NCBI GenBank assembly: GCA_040756635.1
Contig: JBFLYJ010000001.1
Coordinates: forward strand, 1 to 33,571
Reading direction: 5' to 3'
Source: Nitrospirota bacterium
GTDB taxonomy: Bacteria; Nitrospirota; Thermodesulfovibrionia; UBA6902
DNA length: 33,571 bases
Shown here: positions 23,059 through 32,128 of the stretch, piece after piece
Layout: each line of letters begins with the position of its first letter
Numbering within the stretch: the stretch's first letter is position 1
Position numbers and translations under genes: made by a program
The notes under the pieces: model-generated
Told to the model about the DNA's origin: nothing
Databases searched by the model: none
The model's input: the letters and a program-made list of their open reading frames with translations, nothing else

Positions 23059-23074
23059 TGGTATGCTGCTTGCT
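23059..23074 (+). promoter_or_regulatory. sigma-54 (-24/-12) promoter candidate for the CHRD gene
   Basis: TGGTAT-GCTGC-TTGCT has the correct GG/GC spacing. It lies 83 nt upstream of the ATG at 23157. Confidence 0.4.
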
Positions 23075-23156
23075 TTATATCCAATTAGAATATAAGAAAT
23101 AATTGCAGATTCATACTTTCAGGTTGACTGAGCTGTATGAATGCAGGAGGTACTTT

Positions 23157-23681
23157 ATGAAAAGACATTACGGGAAACTGATGATCCTGATTATAGCCGT
23201 TATTACCAATGGAATAGTTATGAACTCATCCGTTGCTGCTGCTGATTACAGCAAGGCGCCGGTACTTGTCGGTTACCTTTCAGGGGACCAGATCACGCCT
23301 AACACTGGTGCAGGCGCTAAGGGAAAGGTAGAATTCAGACTTAGCGATGACGGGAGTGAACTATATTATAAACTCAGCGTAGCAACGGATGAAAAGGTGA
23401 CCGCTGCGTACATATATTTATCGCCGGATGGTGAAAACGGACGTGCCGTTGTCTCTCTGTTTGACCTCAGGGAATACCCGCAGAGAGGCAGCTTTATCAG
23501 TGGAGTCTCGGAAGGTATCATAACTGCCGATAAACTCATCGGCCCGCTTGTGGGAAACCCGGTCAGTTCACTCTTAAGGGAGATGGGTGACGGCAAAACT
23601 TACGTCACCGTTCTTACGGAAAAATATCCGGGAGGTTATATCCGAGGCCGGGTAGTTAACCCGCTATCTTTCGGCAACTGA
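23157..23681 (+). CDS. secreted CHRD-domain protein
   Basis: AGGAGG sits 6 nt before the ATG. It has a signal peptide (…NSSVAAAD). The CHRD pattern is present (L.G.Q..P....GA.G.V.F.L.DDG..L.Y.L, ...GENG.AVV.L, YVTVLTEKYPGGYIRGRV). Confidence 0.7.
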   Translation: MKRHYGKLMILIIAVITNGIVMNSSVAAADYSKAPVLVGYLSGDQITPNTGAGAKGKVEFRLSDDGSELYYKLSVATDEKVTAAYIYLSPDGENGRAVVSLFDLREYPQRGSFISGVSEGIITADKLIGPLVGNPVSSLLREMGDGKTYVTVLTEKYPGGYIRGRVVNPLSFGN

Positions 23682-23706
23682 CCGAAAGAGTATTGATTAA
23701 CGCTTC

Positions 23707-23743
23707 AAGGCAGCACCCCGCGGGGTGCTGCCTTTTCTGTTTT
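23707..23743 (+). terminator. rho-independent terminator after the CHRD gene
   Basis: AAGGCAGCACCCC-GC-GGGGTGCTGCCTT forms a 13-bp GC-rich stem and is followed by TTCTGTTTT. Confidence 0.8.
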
Positions 23744-23884
23744 ATCCCGGGTAAACTGTCCTGATTGACTGCTACGGCATCTTGATTGTTCTGTGTTATC
23801 ATTATGCAGGCCGGTTTGGTCATGATTACATAATCATAGTTTGAATTTAATCCATAGGTAGTATGGTCGTTAAACAGGATAAGT

Positions 23885-24160
23885 ATGATAAATGTGACTC
23901 TATATTTCCGTGAAGGATGCTGGCTGTGCGATAAGGCCGAAGAGATGCTGAACGGTCTCAGGGTGAAATATGATATTAATATCAAGAAGATTTCTATCGA
24001 CTCGGACAGAGAGATTTATGACCTGTACAGGTTTGACATCCCTGTGCTTGAGTTTGCGGACGGCTCAACCCTCCATGGTGTCATAAAGAAAAAAGACCTC
24101 ATAAGCAAACTGGACGATAACATAAAACAGAAAAACCGAGCAGAAGAATGTTCCGGATAA
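23885..24160 (+). CDS. glutaredoxin-like protein (DUF836/thioredoxin fold)
   Basis: It has the CxxC motif in VTLYFREGCWLCDKAEEML. The cis-Pro region DIPVLEF is typical of small glutaredoxin-like proteins. Confidence 0.8.
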   Translation: MINVTLYFREGCWLCDKAEEMLNGLRVKYDINIKKISIDSDREIYDLYRFDIPVLEFADGSTLHGVIKKKDLISKLDDNIKQKNRAEECSG

Positions 24161-24462
24161 GGAGTCCGTTAAGACAGGCATGATGTAAGCCCCTCTAAAG
24201 CCCTCTGTTTCATTAACCTATTTTACTTTGCCCCCGCTCGTCTTTTTACTTTCCATATTGGAAGTCTTTCCGGCCTGGCTGCAACGGGTAATTTCTTAAA
24301 CTTTGCATTAACGATAATAATATAAAGGTAAAATGCACTCAATAATGTAAGATGTATACATGGCCCGTACGCATTGCCTAACATGTATTAAAGTATGGCA
24401 TTATAGAAATAAGTTGTTATAATTTAATGTTTCTATTCTACAGTAATGGATAAGGACTAAAA

Positions 24463-26391
24463 GTGAAGTGTCTCAGGTGTCTGGAGGAAAATAAGAGCTC
24501 GTCACTTAATTGTGAAAAGTGCGGGGCCCCTCTTCCGCGGAGAAGATGGAGCGACCGTTATCGTAATAAAATTGTGTATGCAGTCGTTGCCGCGGCACTG
24601 ATTCTGGTCAGCGTAACCGTTTATTTATTCCATGACATGATATCCCCTGACGTTGATGTTCCCGGCACAGTCTTGTCCCAGGATAAAGAAAATTACACGA
24701 AGGAGAGACAGAGAAAGCGCGAAGAGCTTAAGGCAAAACTGAGGAGCATCATACAGGAACAATCAGCCGCCGTCTCTGAAAAGAAAAAACCTGTCGTCCG
24801 TGAAAAGGCAGCGGCTCCGGAAGTCCCGACGGAGCAAAAGGAGATCACAACGGGCTGGATAATAATCGCAGACGCATGGGACAGGCAGGTCAATAAGTTC
24901 AGGGCGGGATTGGCCGGGAGCGGCTGGCTGGCCCTGCCGGCCCGCGCATGTCTTGGCGGAAGCAGATGGTATTTTTATCCCGATTCCGGAGGTGCGCTTG
25001 AAATAACCGGTGGACAGTGGATAGCGGGGGACAAAGTCGGCTTGTGGCATATTGCCGAAGGCGCGGGAAGCTTTGATGGACCGGGGCTTGCTCCCTGGAA
25101 AGAGAGTGAGCCCGTGTCGTGGGTGAGCCTCGAATCCGAGACGGAATTCAATTCAGTCATGCCGGCCCGCGAGCGGGAAAAAGGTTTTTTTGTTCTCTCC
25201 CTGATTCCGGAAGAAATCAATGAATCAGGATTGTTTATTCAGGACGGTAATATTGTGGGTTGGTCATTTGGCCGGTGGCTTCCCAAAGGTTACATGTGGC
25301 CGGGCGGGAAAGGGGCGGAACCGGCATATAAGACCTGGGTAAAATATTTCTATAACATGACCTTTGCCAATGGACGCGAAGAGAAGTTTGCTAAGGCCCT
25401 TGCCATGAAAGACGGACATTCCGGTCTGGAGCAGCTTGCTGTTTTTATCGAGGGGTTTCGATTAAAACCGAAACTGTCGCCGGAGGACACCCCGGATTAT
25501 TTAATGCCCGAGGAAATTATTAAACATATGCATGTAAGTATCACCAATTTGGTAAACATCGGGGAAGTCGAGAGGATAGCGGACATGTTTAACGGTCAGC
25601 TGCTAAAGCGAATAGGAGACATCGGTCTGCTGATGGACATTGTTCCTGCCATCGCCCAGGCTCGCGGATTTGAAGCTGCCGTGGCTGAGATACAGGATTC
25701 CGGGGAATATATAACCCGGAAACTGGGGCACAATGTCCCGGCTCTCAATGCGCTTCATACTAAATATTATCAGGACTGGCTGCAGTCACTTGTGACTGCC
25801 GGCGCAGTTGATGAGGGGCTCAGGACTTATGGCTTGGCGACAACTTATTATCCTGATGACCCTTATATTCAGCTGCTTGGGGCTGAACTCGCTTTGCTCA
25901 ACGGAGACTGGAGAGAGGCTGAACGCATATTGAACAGCAGGACTTATCCGCCGGCGTTTAAGGACCGTTATGAACTGCTTGCCCTACGCGTTTCCGAGAT
26001 AAAAGGTCAGGAAGAAAAGATTATAATTCGGTTCCCGCGCGGTTCCCGCATGATACCGGTCAAGGTAGCGGTCAATGAGAGCATCGTTCAGGATTTCCTG
26101 GTTGATACCGGGGCCTCGATGGTGACCATTCCCTCATCCACGGCTGACGCACTGGGGCTGGAGGTTGTTCACGGGCAGAGAAATATTTCGACTGCCGGGG
26201 GGATTGTAAAGGCGTCTGAGGTGATCATCAATACTCTGGAGATTGACGGGTGGGTGGAGTATGATGTCGGCGCTTATGTCCTGGACCTGCCGGGCCGGCC
26301 CGGAGTGGGATTGCTCGGACTTAATTATCTGGGCAGGTTCCGGATGGACCTGAAGACAGATGAAGGGACGCTTATACTTACTCCCCGATAA
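24463..26391 (+). CDS. membrane-anchored protein: N-terminal zinc ribbon, one TM helix, large central region, C-terminal retropepsin-like (clan AA) aspartic protease domain
   Basis: It has a GTG start with AAGGA 6 nt upstream. The zinc ribbon is CLRC...CEKC and the TM helix is IVYAVVAAALILVSVTVYLF. The C-terminus has FLVDTGASMVTIPSSTADALGL and LLGLNYLGRF, typical of bacterial retropepsin-like domains. Confidence 0.7.
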   Translation: MKCLRCLEENKSSSLNCEKCGAPLPRRRWSDRYRNKIVYAVVAAALILVSVTVYLFHDMISPDVDVPGTVLSQDKENYTKERQRKREELKAKLRSIIQEQSAAVSEKKKPVVREKAAAPEVPTEQKEITTGWIIIADAWDRQVNKFRAGLAGSGWLALPARACLGGSRWYFYPDSGGALEITGGQWIAGDKVGLWHIAEGAGSFDGPGLAPWKESEPVSWVSLESETEFNSVMPAREREKGFFVLSLIPEEINESGLFIQDGNIVGWSFGRWLPKGYMWPGGKGAEPAYKTWVKYFYNMTFANGREEKFAKALAMKDGHSGLEQLAVFIEGFRLKPKLSPEDTPDYLMPEEIIKHMHVSITNLVNIGEVERIADMFNGQLLKRIGDIGLLMDIVPAIAQARGFEAAVAEIQDSGEYITRKLGHNVPALNALHTKYYQDWLQSLVTAGAVDEGLRTYGLATTYYPDDPYIQLLGAELALLNGDWREAERILNSRTYPPAFKDRYELLALRVSEIKGQEEKIIIRFPRGSRMIPVKVAVNESIVQDFLVDTGASMVTIPSSTADALGLEVVHGQRNISTAGGIVKASEVIINTLEIDGWVEYDVGAYVLDLPGRPGVGLLGLNYLGRFRMDLKTDEGTLILTPR

Positions 26392-26428
26392 ATGCCAGGC
26401 TGAGTAAACCTTAACGTTGCATAAATCA

Positions 26429-26444
26429 GGCAAGCGGCCTTGCC
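26429..26444 (+). terminator. weak terminator-like hairpin
   Basis: GGCAAG-CGGC-CTTGCC lies 38 nt after the stop. It has a poor T run (GTAAAACCTTT). Confidence 0.25.
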
Positions 26445-26563
26445 GTAAAACCTTTACGATGCGATCGGATATTGCAATTAAATTTTGACAAAAATACTTA
26501 ACTCCCTGGTGAAATTCAGAAAGACACCATTTATGCTTTCATGAGTCTCTCCGAGGTATCGCA

Positions 26564-26591
26564 GCAGGAGCATGGCAAGCCATGTCCCTAC
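26564..26591. repeat. diverged REP-like element (copy 3, opposite orientation)
   Basis: The reverse complement GTAGGGACATGGCTTGCCATGCTCCTGC matches copy 2 at 21/28 positions. Paired substitutions keep the stem (G9/C20 to A/T and A11/T18 to G/C). Confidence 0.45.
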
Positions 26592-26694
26592 ATCCGTCAA
26601 GTCCGCTCGCCCGGTATCAACAATCTAATGCAACTGCAAGGTAAATACTAATCTGGTTTTGTATGAGCAAACGCCGGTATACGGTTAATAAACT

Positions 26695-27249
26695 ATGGAA
26701 AAGAACGCATCAGGCAGGACACATCATTTGAGGGCTTTTGTGACGGGAGGGGCTGTGTCTGTCGTGCTGTCGCTGTTGTTTTATTCCGGTATCCTGATCA
26801 CCTATCATTATATCCCGCTTTCTCTCCTGCTTATGGCCGCTCTGATTATAATATGTTCACTGCTGTTCTTTATTAATATTAGATATGACCATATGCTGGA
26901 CCTGAACGAAGTATTTTCAAAAACCATCTCTTTTGACATGAGGACAGGTACGGGTTTCACCCGGTTTTTTTTGCGGTTTCTCAGGCCGCTTAATCCATAT
27001 GTCGGCGCCTTGACAGCGGTCATGGTTTTACTACTGGTGCTGTGGGGTGTGCCGGCCCTGATTATCTATCTCTCGGCAGGTCCGGGCAGCTTTGGAACCC
27101 TGCTTAAAATCAGTGTCTTTTTCATTAACATGGGGATATGCATATCATATTTATTTTCGGACAGAGATGCCTTTCCCTGTGTCGTGGACAGGACCATGTT
27201 CATAGCAGGGGCATTATGCGGTGCGGCGTTAATTATAAATGTTATTTAA
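26695..27249 (+). CDS. hypothetical integral membrane protein (about 5 TM helices)
   Basis: It is a long hydrophobic ORF with no recognisable family. Confidence 0.5.
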   Translation: MEKNASGRTHHLRAFVTGGAVSVVLSLLFYSGILITYHYIPLSLLLMAALIIICSLLFFINIRYDHMLDLNEVFSKTISFDMRTGTGFTRFFLRFLRPLNPYVGALTAVMVLLLVLWGVPALIIYLSAGPGSFGTLLKISVFFINMGICISYLFSDRDAFPCVVDRTMFIAGALCGAALIINVI

Positions 27250-27267
27250 TATGAGGCGGTATTAAAT

Positions 27268-27501
27268 ATGTCATTGTGCAAGCACAGCATACTGGCGCTG
27301 CTGCCTGAGAAGAAAAACCTCCGGAGGTGCCGTCTTTGCCATCTGACCATAAAAGCGGATGAACTTGGAGAGGGTCACTGCCCGGAGTGTTTTGAAACAC
27401 GGGGCGAGAGAAAGTATGACTTTGAAGAAGTCGTTTCAGCTGACACAGGGAAGGCGAGATACAGATGTGAAGAATGCGGGGTCATTATTGAAAGTCATTA
27501 A
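27268..27501 (+). CDS. small zinc-ribbon protein (77 aa)
   Basis: It has three CxxC pairs (CRLC, CPEC, CEEC). It starts 19 nt after the preceding membrane protein gene, so the two are probably co-transcribed. Confidence 0.5.
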   Translation: MSLCKHSILALLPEKKNLRRCRLCHLTIKADELGEGHCPECFETRGERKYDFEEVVSADTGKARYRCEECGVIIESH

Positions 27502-27591
27502 CTTGATCAAAGTGTCCGGTAAATATTGAAGTGGACATGCGTGCTAAATAATATTTATGGCAATACCATAGTGAATGCATAATTATGCAAC

Positions 27592-27721
27592 GCAGGCATG
27601 ATACAGTATTTTCGTTTCATTCTCATCCCGCTTCCTGCGGGACTCCGAGGCTTTTGCCTGTTCAGACCTCCTGTCTTCACTACCGGCAAAAAAATTCGCT
27701 CAAATACTGTATCATACCTGC
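27592..27721. repeat. 130-bp element bounded by 20-bp inverted repeats (MITE-like or structured RNA)
   Basis: GCAGGCATGATACAGTATTT (27592-27611) matches the reverse complement of AAATACTGTATCATACCTGC (27702-27721) at 19/20 positions. Internal small hairpins are CCCGC-TTCCT-GCGGG and GGC-TTTT-GCC. Confidence 0.5.
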
Positions 27722-27930
27722 CGTCAACCTGTTGAATAAAGGTAATAAGCCATTAGAGCAAATTCTGAAATCATATTGCGTCATAAATATTTTTTAGCAT
27801 GTATGTCCGGACTTACACTAGTCAAATATAATCGGATACTTCTGTAAGCTGATAAGAAATCTTTGATAATCTGCATAATCTGTGGACAAATGCTTTTTTT
27901 GAGAATTAAAGAAATGGAGGCGTCTGTACC

Positions 27931-28611
27931 ATGATCCGGTGGGAGCTTGTTGACAGCGCGCATGTGCCTGGCGGCGGCGGTGGTGAGCTTTTTCTTTACA
28001 GGAGGGGTGCGGAGTATTCGATCAGACTGGGAAATGGTGAACTCATGAACAGCCGGGTCCATGGATCAGAAGATGCCCTGGCCGAACTTGCGTGCGCGCG
28101 GATTGCCTCTCGTACATGTCCGCATTTTCTTATCGGCGGACTCGGCATGGGTTTTACACTTGCGGCGGCCCTGCGCCTGCTCGGCAGCGGGGCGAGTGTC
28201 GCGGTAGCGGAACTGGTGCCGTCAGTTGTGCAGTGGAACCGTGGCCCGCTTTCCCATCTGGCGGGTCATCCCCTTGATGACGTACGCGTGACTGTGTATG
28301 AGACCGATGTGGCGCAGATGCTGAAAGTCAGAGGCTGTGCATATGATGCTGTCCTCCTGGATGTGGACAATGGTCCCGAGGGTTTCACACGGCAGAGAAA
28401 TGAATGGCTCTACACTCCCGAAGGACTGGCCGCGTCTTTTGAGGCGTTACGTCCGGGAGGCGTCTTGGCCATATGGTCAGCAGGGCCGGACAGTTCTTTT
28501 ACAAGGCGGCTGCGGCGTGCGGGTTTTGACACTGAAGAGGTGAGGGTGCATGCGCGCGGAAAACGCTCAGGCGGCCATCATACGATATGGCTCGCGGTGC
28601 GCAGGCCATAG
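27931..28611 (+). CDS. spermidine-synthase-like class I SAM-dependent methyltransferase-fold protein
   Basis: GGAGG sits 10 nt upstream of the ATG. The Rossmann motif FLIGGLGMGFTLAAAL, the acidic loop VAVAELVP and LLDVDNGP are typical of short spermidine-synthase-like proteins. It is visibly more GC-rich than its neighbours. Confidence 0.7.
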   Translation: MIRWELVDSAHVPGGGGGELFLYRRGAEYSIRLGNGELMNSRVHGSEDALAELACARIASRTCPHFLIGGLGMGFTLAAALRLLGSGASVAVAELVPSVVQWNRGPLSHLAGHPLDDVRVTVYETDVAQMLKVRGCAYDAVLLDVDNGPEGFTRQRNEWLYTPEGLAASFEALRPGGVLAIWSAGPDSSFTRRLRRAGFDTEEVRVHARGKRSGGHHTIWLAVRRP

Positions 28612-28615
28612 GAAA

Positions 28616-29689
28616 TTATTTTTTTGGTCCGAAGAGATTTGGGATATAAAAAGTATCGTACTTTGTGACCAGCCCTTTGATGTTCAGATATTGCAGGTCT
28701 TTTGCCTTGTTCTCGCTGAAACCGAGTTTCCTGAAATCAATTATACCGCTGGTGGAATGGCATTCGTCACACGCCACGCTGATCTCTTTTTTTGCTATGT
28801 GGCGGTGGAAAAAGTTCTGCTCTTTTTCCACGTCGGCCTTTGAGAGCTTTTTTTCGTTCTTTAGATACTCTCCCGCCTTTATATTATCTTCCGTATTGAT
28901 GATCAGTTTATTCTTCCCGTCCTCTTTTTTATAGACAGCGATCCTGGATATAAAGTGCTTAAGTTTGGCGTTTTCCTCTGGTTCCTTTGTATCGTCCAGT
29001 ATTTTCAACATTCTTGAGATAACGGACTCTGACTCCACCTCAGCACTACCATCCTTTACTTCATGGGTACCATACGGCTCCCCTGTAAATTCAACTTCCT
29101 CAGGTTTTTTCCAGTCGTAAAACAGATCGGCCTGGTTTCTGTCTTTGATATGGCAGACTTCGCAGAGCATGAAACCTGTATGCATATTCAAAAGTGCCCG
29201 GACTTTATTATGCTGGCTGTGAGGATAGAGAGGATGGCAGACCCTGCATGAGGTTTCGTCTTTAATTTTTGTTATCGCAAATCTCTGGTCTTTATGGAAA
29301 TTAGTCAGGTAAGAACGGTCAACAGCATCGATTTTTTCTTTGTCTTTTGAGTGACATTTCGCTGTGCACTCGACTTCAGTTACGTTTGTATGAGGAATCT
29401 GGACGGTCTTTGGATGGCATTCTCTGCACTCTGTTTTTGCATGGGACGAAAGTAAAAATTTATCTTCATCAATATGAAGGACCTTGAATGTATCGGGTTT
29501 TTCATACTTTACAAGACCTGGATAGCGGTGACAGGTAAGGCAGCCTCCCCTGTCCATTGCATCGGCCGTGACAGCTACTCCCCAAATGAGCATTAAACTG
29601 AAGAAGAAAATGACCGCGGCAGGTTTGAAATGTTTTGTTTTCACTGCATTAGATAGAGAATTATGATCGACGCTGCGATGAATCGACAT
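28616..29689 (-). CDS. membrane-anchored multiheme c-type cytochrome
   Basis: It has an N-terminal TM/signal anchor. There are five CxxCH motifs (CLTCH, CRECH, CRVCH, CEVCH, CDECH) plus one CxxxCH (CTAKCH). Confidence 0.85.
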   Translation of the reverse strand: MSIHRSVDHNSLSNAVKTKHFKPAAVIFFFSLMLIWGVAVTADAMDRGGCLTCHRYPGLVKYEKPDTFKVLHIDEDKFLLSSHAKTECRECHPKTVQIPHTNVTEVECTAKCHSKDKEKIDAVDRSYLTNFHKDQRFAITKIKDETSCRVCHPLYPHSQHNKVRALLNMHTGFMLCEVCHIKDRNQADLFYDWKKPEEVEFTGEPYGTHEVKDGSAEVESESVISRMLKILDDTKEPEENAKLKHFISRIAVYKKEDGKNKLIINTEDNIKAGEYLKNEKKLSKADVEKEQNFFHRHIAKKEISVACDECHSTSGIIDFRKLGFSENKAKDLQYLNIKGLVTKYDTFYIPNLFGPKK

Positions 29690-29873
29690 GATTGATTTTA
29701 TTATATTGCCGTTCTGTTGGCAACATTAAAATAATTATTGCGGTATAAAACGTTTTAATTAAATTGACCGAGAAAATCGATAGAGGCCGCGATATATTCA
29801 GATTTTCCTTGATTGCGCCGATATTAACTTACAACATTGTAATTATTCCAAAAGGATCGGGGGAGAATAATCC

Positions 29874-31487
29874 TTGCTAAACATACTTCTGAAAGACATC
29901 GCGCAGAAAGAAAATTTATCGATTCAGAGCAGTGCTTCCCTGAAAAACCTTGTCGACCTGATGAACGTCAACCAGAAGGGGGTCGTTGTAATCCTGGAAG
30001 GGGAAAAACCAATCGGTATCATGACAGAGCGCGACATAGTCGAGATTTTATTCAAGGGCGTAAGCCTGGAGGAAAAAATACATGCTTTTAACAAGAAGAA
30101 CCTCGTGTCGACTATTGGTGAAAGGACGGTCGGTTATGCCCTGAACCTTACCCTCGAAAATAATATAAGAAGGGTCATTGTCATTGATGATGCAGGTGAT
30201 TTTATAGGGGTTGTTACGCAGCAGGACCTGCTGAAATATCTCGAAGAGGACTTCTATAGACTTACTATCAAGGTCAAACATATCGTGAAAAAAGTAGGGG
30301 ATCTTCGCAGCGTGGCGCCTGACGCGTCCCTGAATGAGGTACTGAAAATAATGGTCGCAAACAGGATCAGCTCCGTCCCGGTAACGGAGAACAGCAAAGC
30401 AGTCGGGATCATATCGGAAAAAGACATACTCCGACTTGCAGGCTTACACACCTCTCTTGAGAGCCCTGTAAAGCAATACATGAACAGCCCTGTGGACACC
30501 GCCCGCCTGGACTCGCTCCTTGTCGAGGTCGTGGAAGTGATGAATTACAAAAACATAAGAAGGGTTGTAATAGTTGATGATACAGGATCAGCTATTAATA
30601 TTGTTACCATCAGGGACGTAATTGAGAACCTCGAAGGGGACTATAACAAGTTTCTTGAGCGAAAACTCCAGAGTGCGAAAGAAATACTTAACCTCCTTCC
30701 GGAGATGCTTATAGAAGTAACAGACACCGGAAGGGAGCAGTTGATCATCTGGGTCAATGACAAGGTCACGAGCAGGTTCGGCAACGCGATCATAGACAAG
30801 CCGGTGACCAGTTTTCTTCCGAGGGAAACATGGAACAATATCTATACGTCCCTGGTCAAGTTGGGCAAGATCGAACATATCAAGCTGAAGAAAGATGAAA
30901 GCATCTATGAACTATCCGGTTTTTTTATAACAACCTTCGGGAAAATGGAGCAGGGCAGGTTTCAGCTCATTATGCGGGACATCACCGAGGACATCAAGCT
31001 GTCGACGGTAGACCCGCTAACCGATATCTACAACCGGAGGTTCATCAACGGTTTTTTAATGAAGGAAATAGAAAGAAGCAAACGCCTCAACAGGCAGTTC
31101 TCCGTCGTTATCTCCGACATAGACAACTTTAAAATTATCAACGACTCATACGGGCATGTGTCAGGGGACATAGTTCTGAAAAAGCTCTCCAGGGTCATAA
31201 CAGAGACAGTCAGAAACCTCGATATAGTAGGCCGGTACGGCGGGGATGAGTTCATGCTTATCCTTCCCGACACTGACAGCCGGACAGCATATAATATCAT
31301 CGACAGGGTCAGGACGAGTGTCCAGAACCTGGAGATTCCGGTCTTAAACGGTGTAATCGTGAAACAGACTGTGAGTTTCGGGATCGCTTCGTTCCCGGAA
31401 AACGGAACATCGCTTGACGACCTGCTGGTCGCGGCCGATGACAAGCTGTATCAGGCAAAGAGGCTGGGCAAAAACAGGGTCGCCTGA
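29874..31487 (+). CDS. diguanylate cyclase with four CBS repeats, a PAS-like linker domain and a GGDEF domain
   Basis: It has a TTG start with GGGGGAG upstream. There are two Bateman modules. The active site RYGGDEF is intact, with the I-site RNLD five residues upstream. Confidence 0.9.
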   Translation: MLNILLKDIAQKENLSIQSSASLKNLVDLMNVNQKGVVVILEGEKPIGIMTERDIVEILFKGVSLEEKIHAFNKKNLVSTIGERTVGYALNLTLENNIRRVIVIDDAGDFIGVVTQQDLLKYLEEDFYRLTIKVKHIVKKVGDLRSVAPDASLNEVLKIMVANRISSVPVTENSKAVGIISEKDILRLAGLHTSLESPVKQYMNSPVDTARLDSLLVEVVEVMNYKNIRRVVIVDDTGSAINIVTIRDVIENLEGDYNKFLERKLQSAKEILNLLPEMLIEVTDTGREQLIIWVNDKVTSRFGNAIIDKPVTSFLPRETWNNIYTSLVKLGKIEHIKLKKDESIYELSGFFITTFGKMEQGRFQLIMRDITEDIKLSTVDPLTDIYNRRFINGFLMKEIERSKRLNRQFSVVISDIDNFKIINDSYGHVSGDIVLKKLSRVITETVRNLDIVGRYGGDEFMLILPDTDSRTAYNIIDRVRTSVQNLEIPVLNGVIVKQTVSFGIASFPENGTSLDDLLVAADDKLYQAKRLGKNRVA

Positions 31488-31630
31488 AATAAGTATTCCC
31501 CCCCCTTTTTTATAAAGTGTATCTTGCCTATAAACCGTTTTGTATTTATTCTGAATTATTAAGCAGTTGATAATAGCGTCAAGGCTGCTTTAAACTAATT
31601 GACTATAAAAGAGGAGGGAGGAATAAAGTT

Positions 31631-32128
31631 ATGGCGGATGATCATTCATTTGATGTGGTAAGCAAGGTGGACCTGCAGGAGGTCTCCAACGCGGTCCAGC
31701 AGGCCATGAAAGAGATAGGCCAGCGGTTTGATTTCAGGGGCAGTAAAAGCAATATAGAGCTGGACAAGACAAAGAACGAAATACTTATAGTTTCTGATGA
31801 TGAATATAAACTGAAAAACGTAATCGATATATTTCAGAGCAAGTTGATCAAAAGAGCGGTGCCCCTGAAGGCACTCGATTACGGGAAGGTTGAACCCTCC
31901 GCCTCAAGCACAGTAAAACAGATCATCACCCTGCAGCAGGGAATCCCGACCGAAAAGGCAAAAGACATCGTAAAGTTTATCAAGAATTCAAAGCTCAAGG
32001 TGCAGTCGGAGATACAGAAGGACCAGCTCCGGGTAAGGGCCAAGAAAATAGACGACCTTCAGGCCGTTATCAAGATGTTGAAAGAGCAGGACTTCGGGAT
32101 CCATATTGAGTTTTTGAATTACCGGTGA
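31631..32128 (+). CDS. yajQ: YajQ family (UPF0234) nucleotide / cyclic-di-GMP-binding protein
   Basis: GGAGGGAGG lies upstream of the ATG. SFDVVSKVDLQEVSNAVQQAMKEIGQRFDFRGS is the hallmark YajQ N-terminus. The length is 165 aa. Confidence 0.9.
   Translation: MADDHSFDVVSKVDLQEVSNAVQQAMKEIGQRFDFRGSKSNIELDKTKNEILIVSDDEYKLKNVIDIFQSKLIKRAVPLKALDYGKVEPSASSTVKQIITLQQGIPTEKAKDIVKFIKNSKLKVQSEIQKDQLRVRAKKIDDLQAVIKMLKEQDFGIHIEFLNYR

Noticed and set aside
23103-23156. TTG-initiated 18-codon extension of the CHRD protein
   Set aside because: AGGAGG at 23145-23150 is optimally placed for the ATG at 23157. The signal peptide also starts there.
23656-23985. 109-aa minus-strand ORF between the CHRD and glutaredoxin-like genes
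   Set aside because: It spans the strong CHRD terminator and overlaps the glutaredoxin-like gene start in antisense. It is most likely spurious.
27585-27797. 70-aa ORF in the gap before the methyltransferase gene
   Set aside because: It starts inside the left arm of the 130-bp inverted-repeat element and runs across it. It has no RBS and an odd composition, so the region is more likely non-coding.
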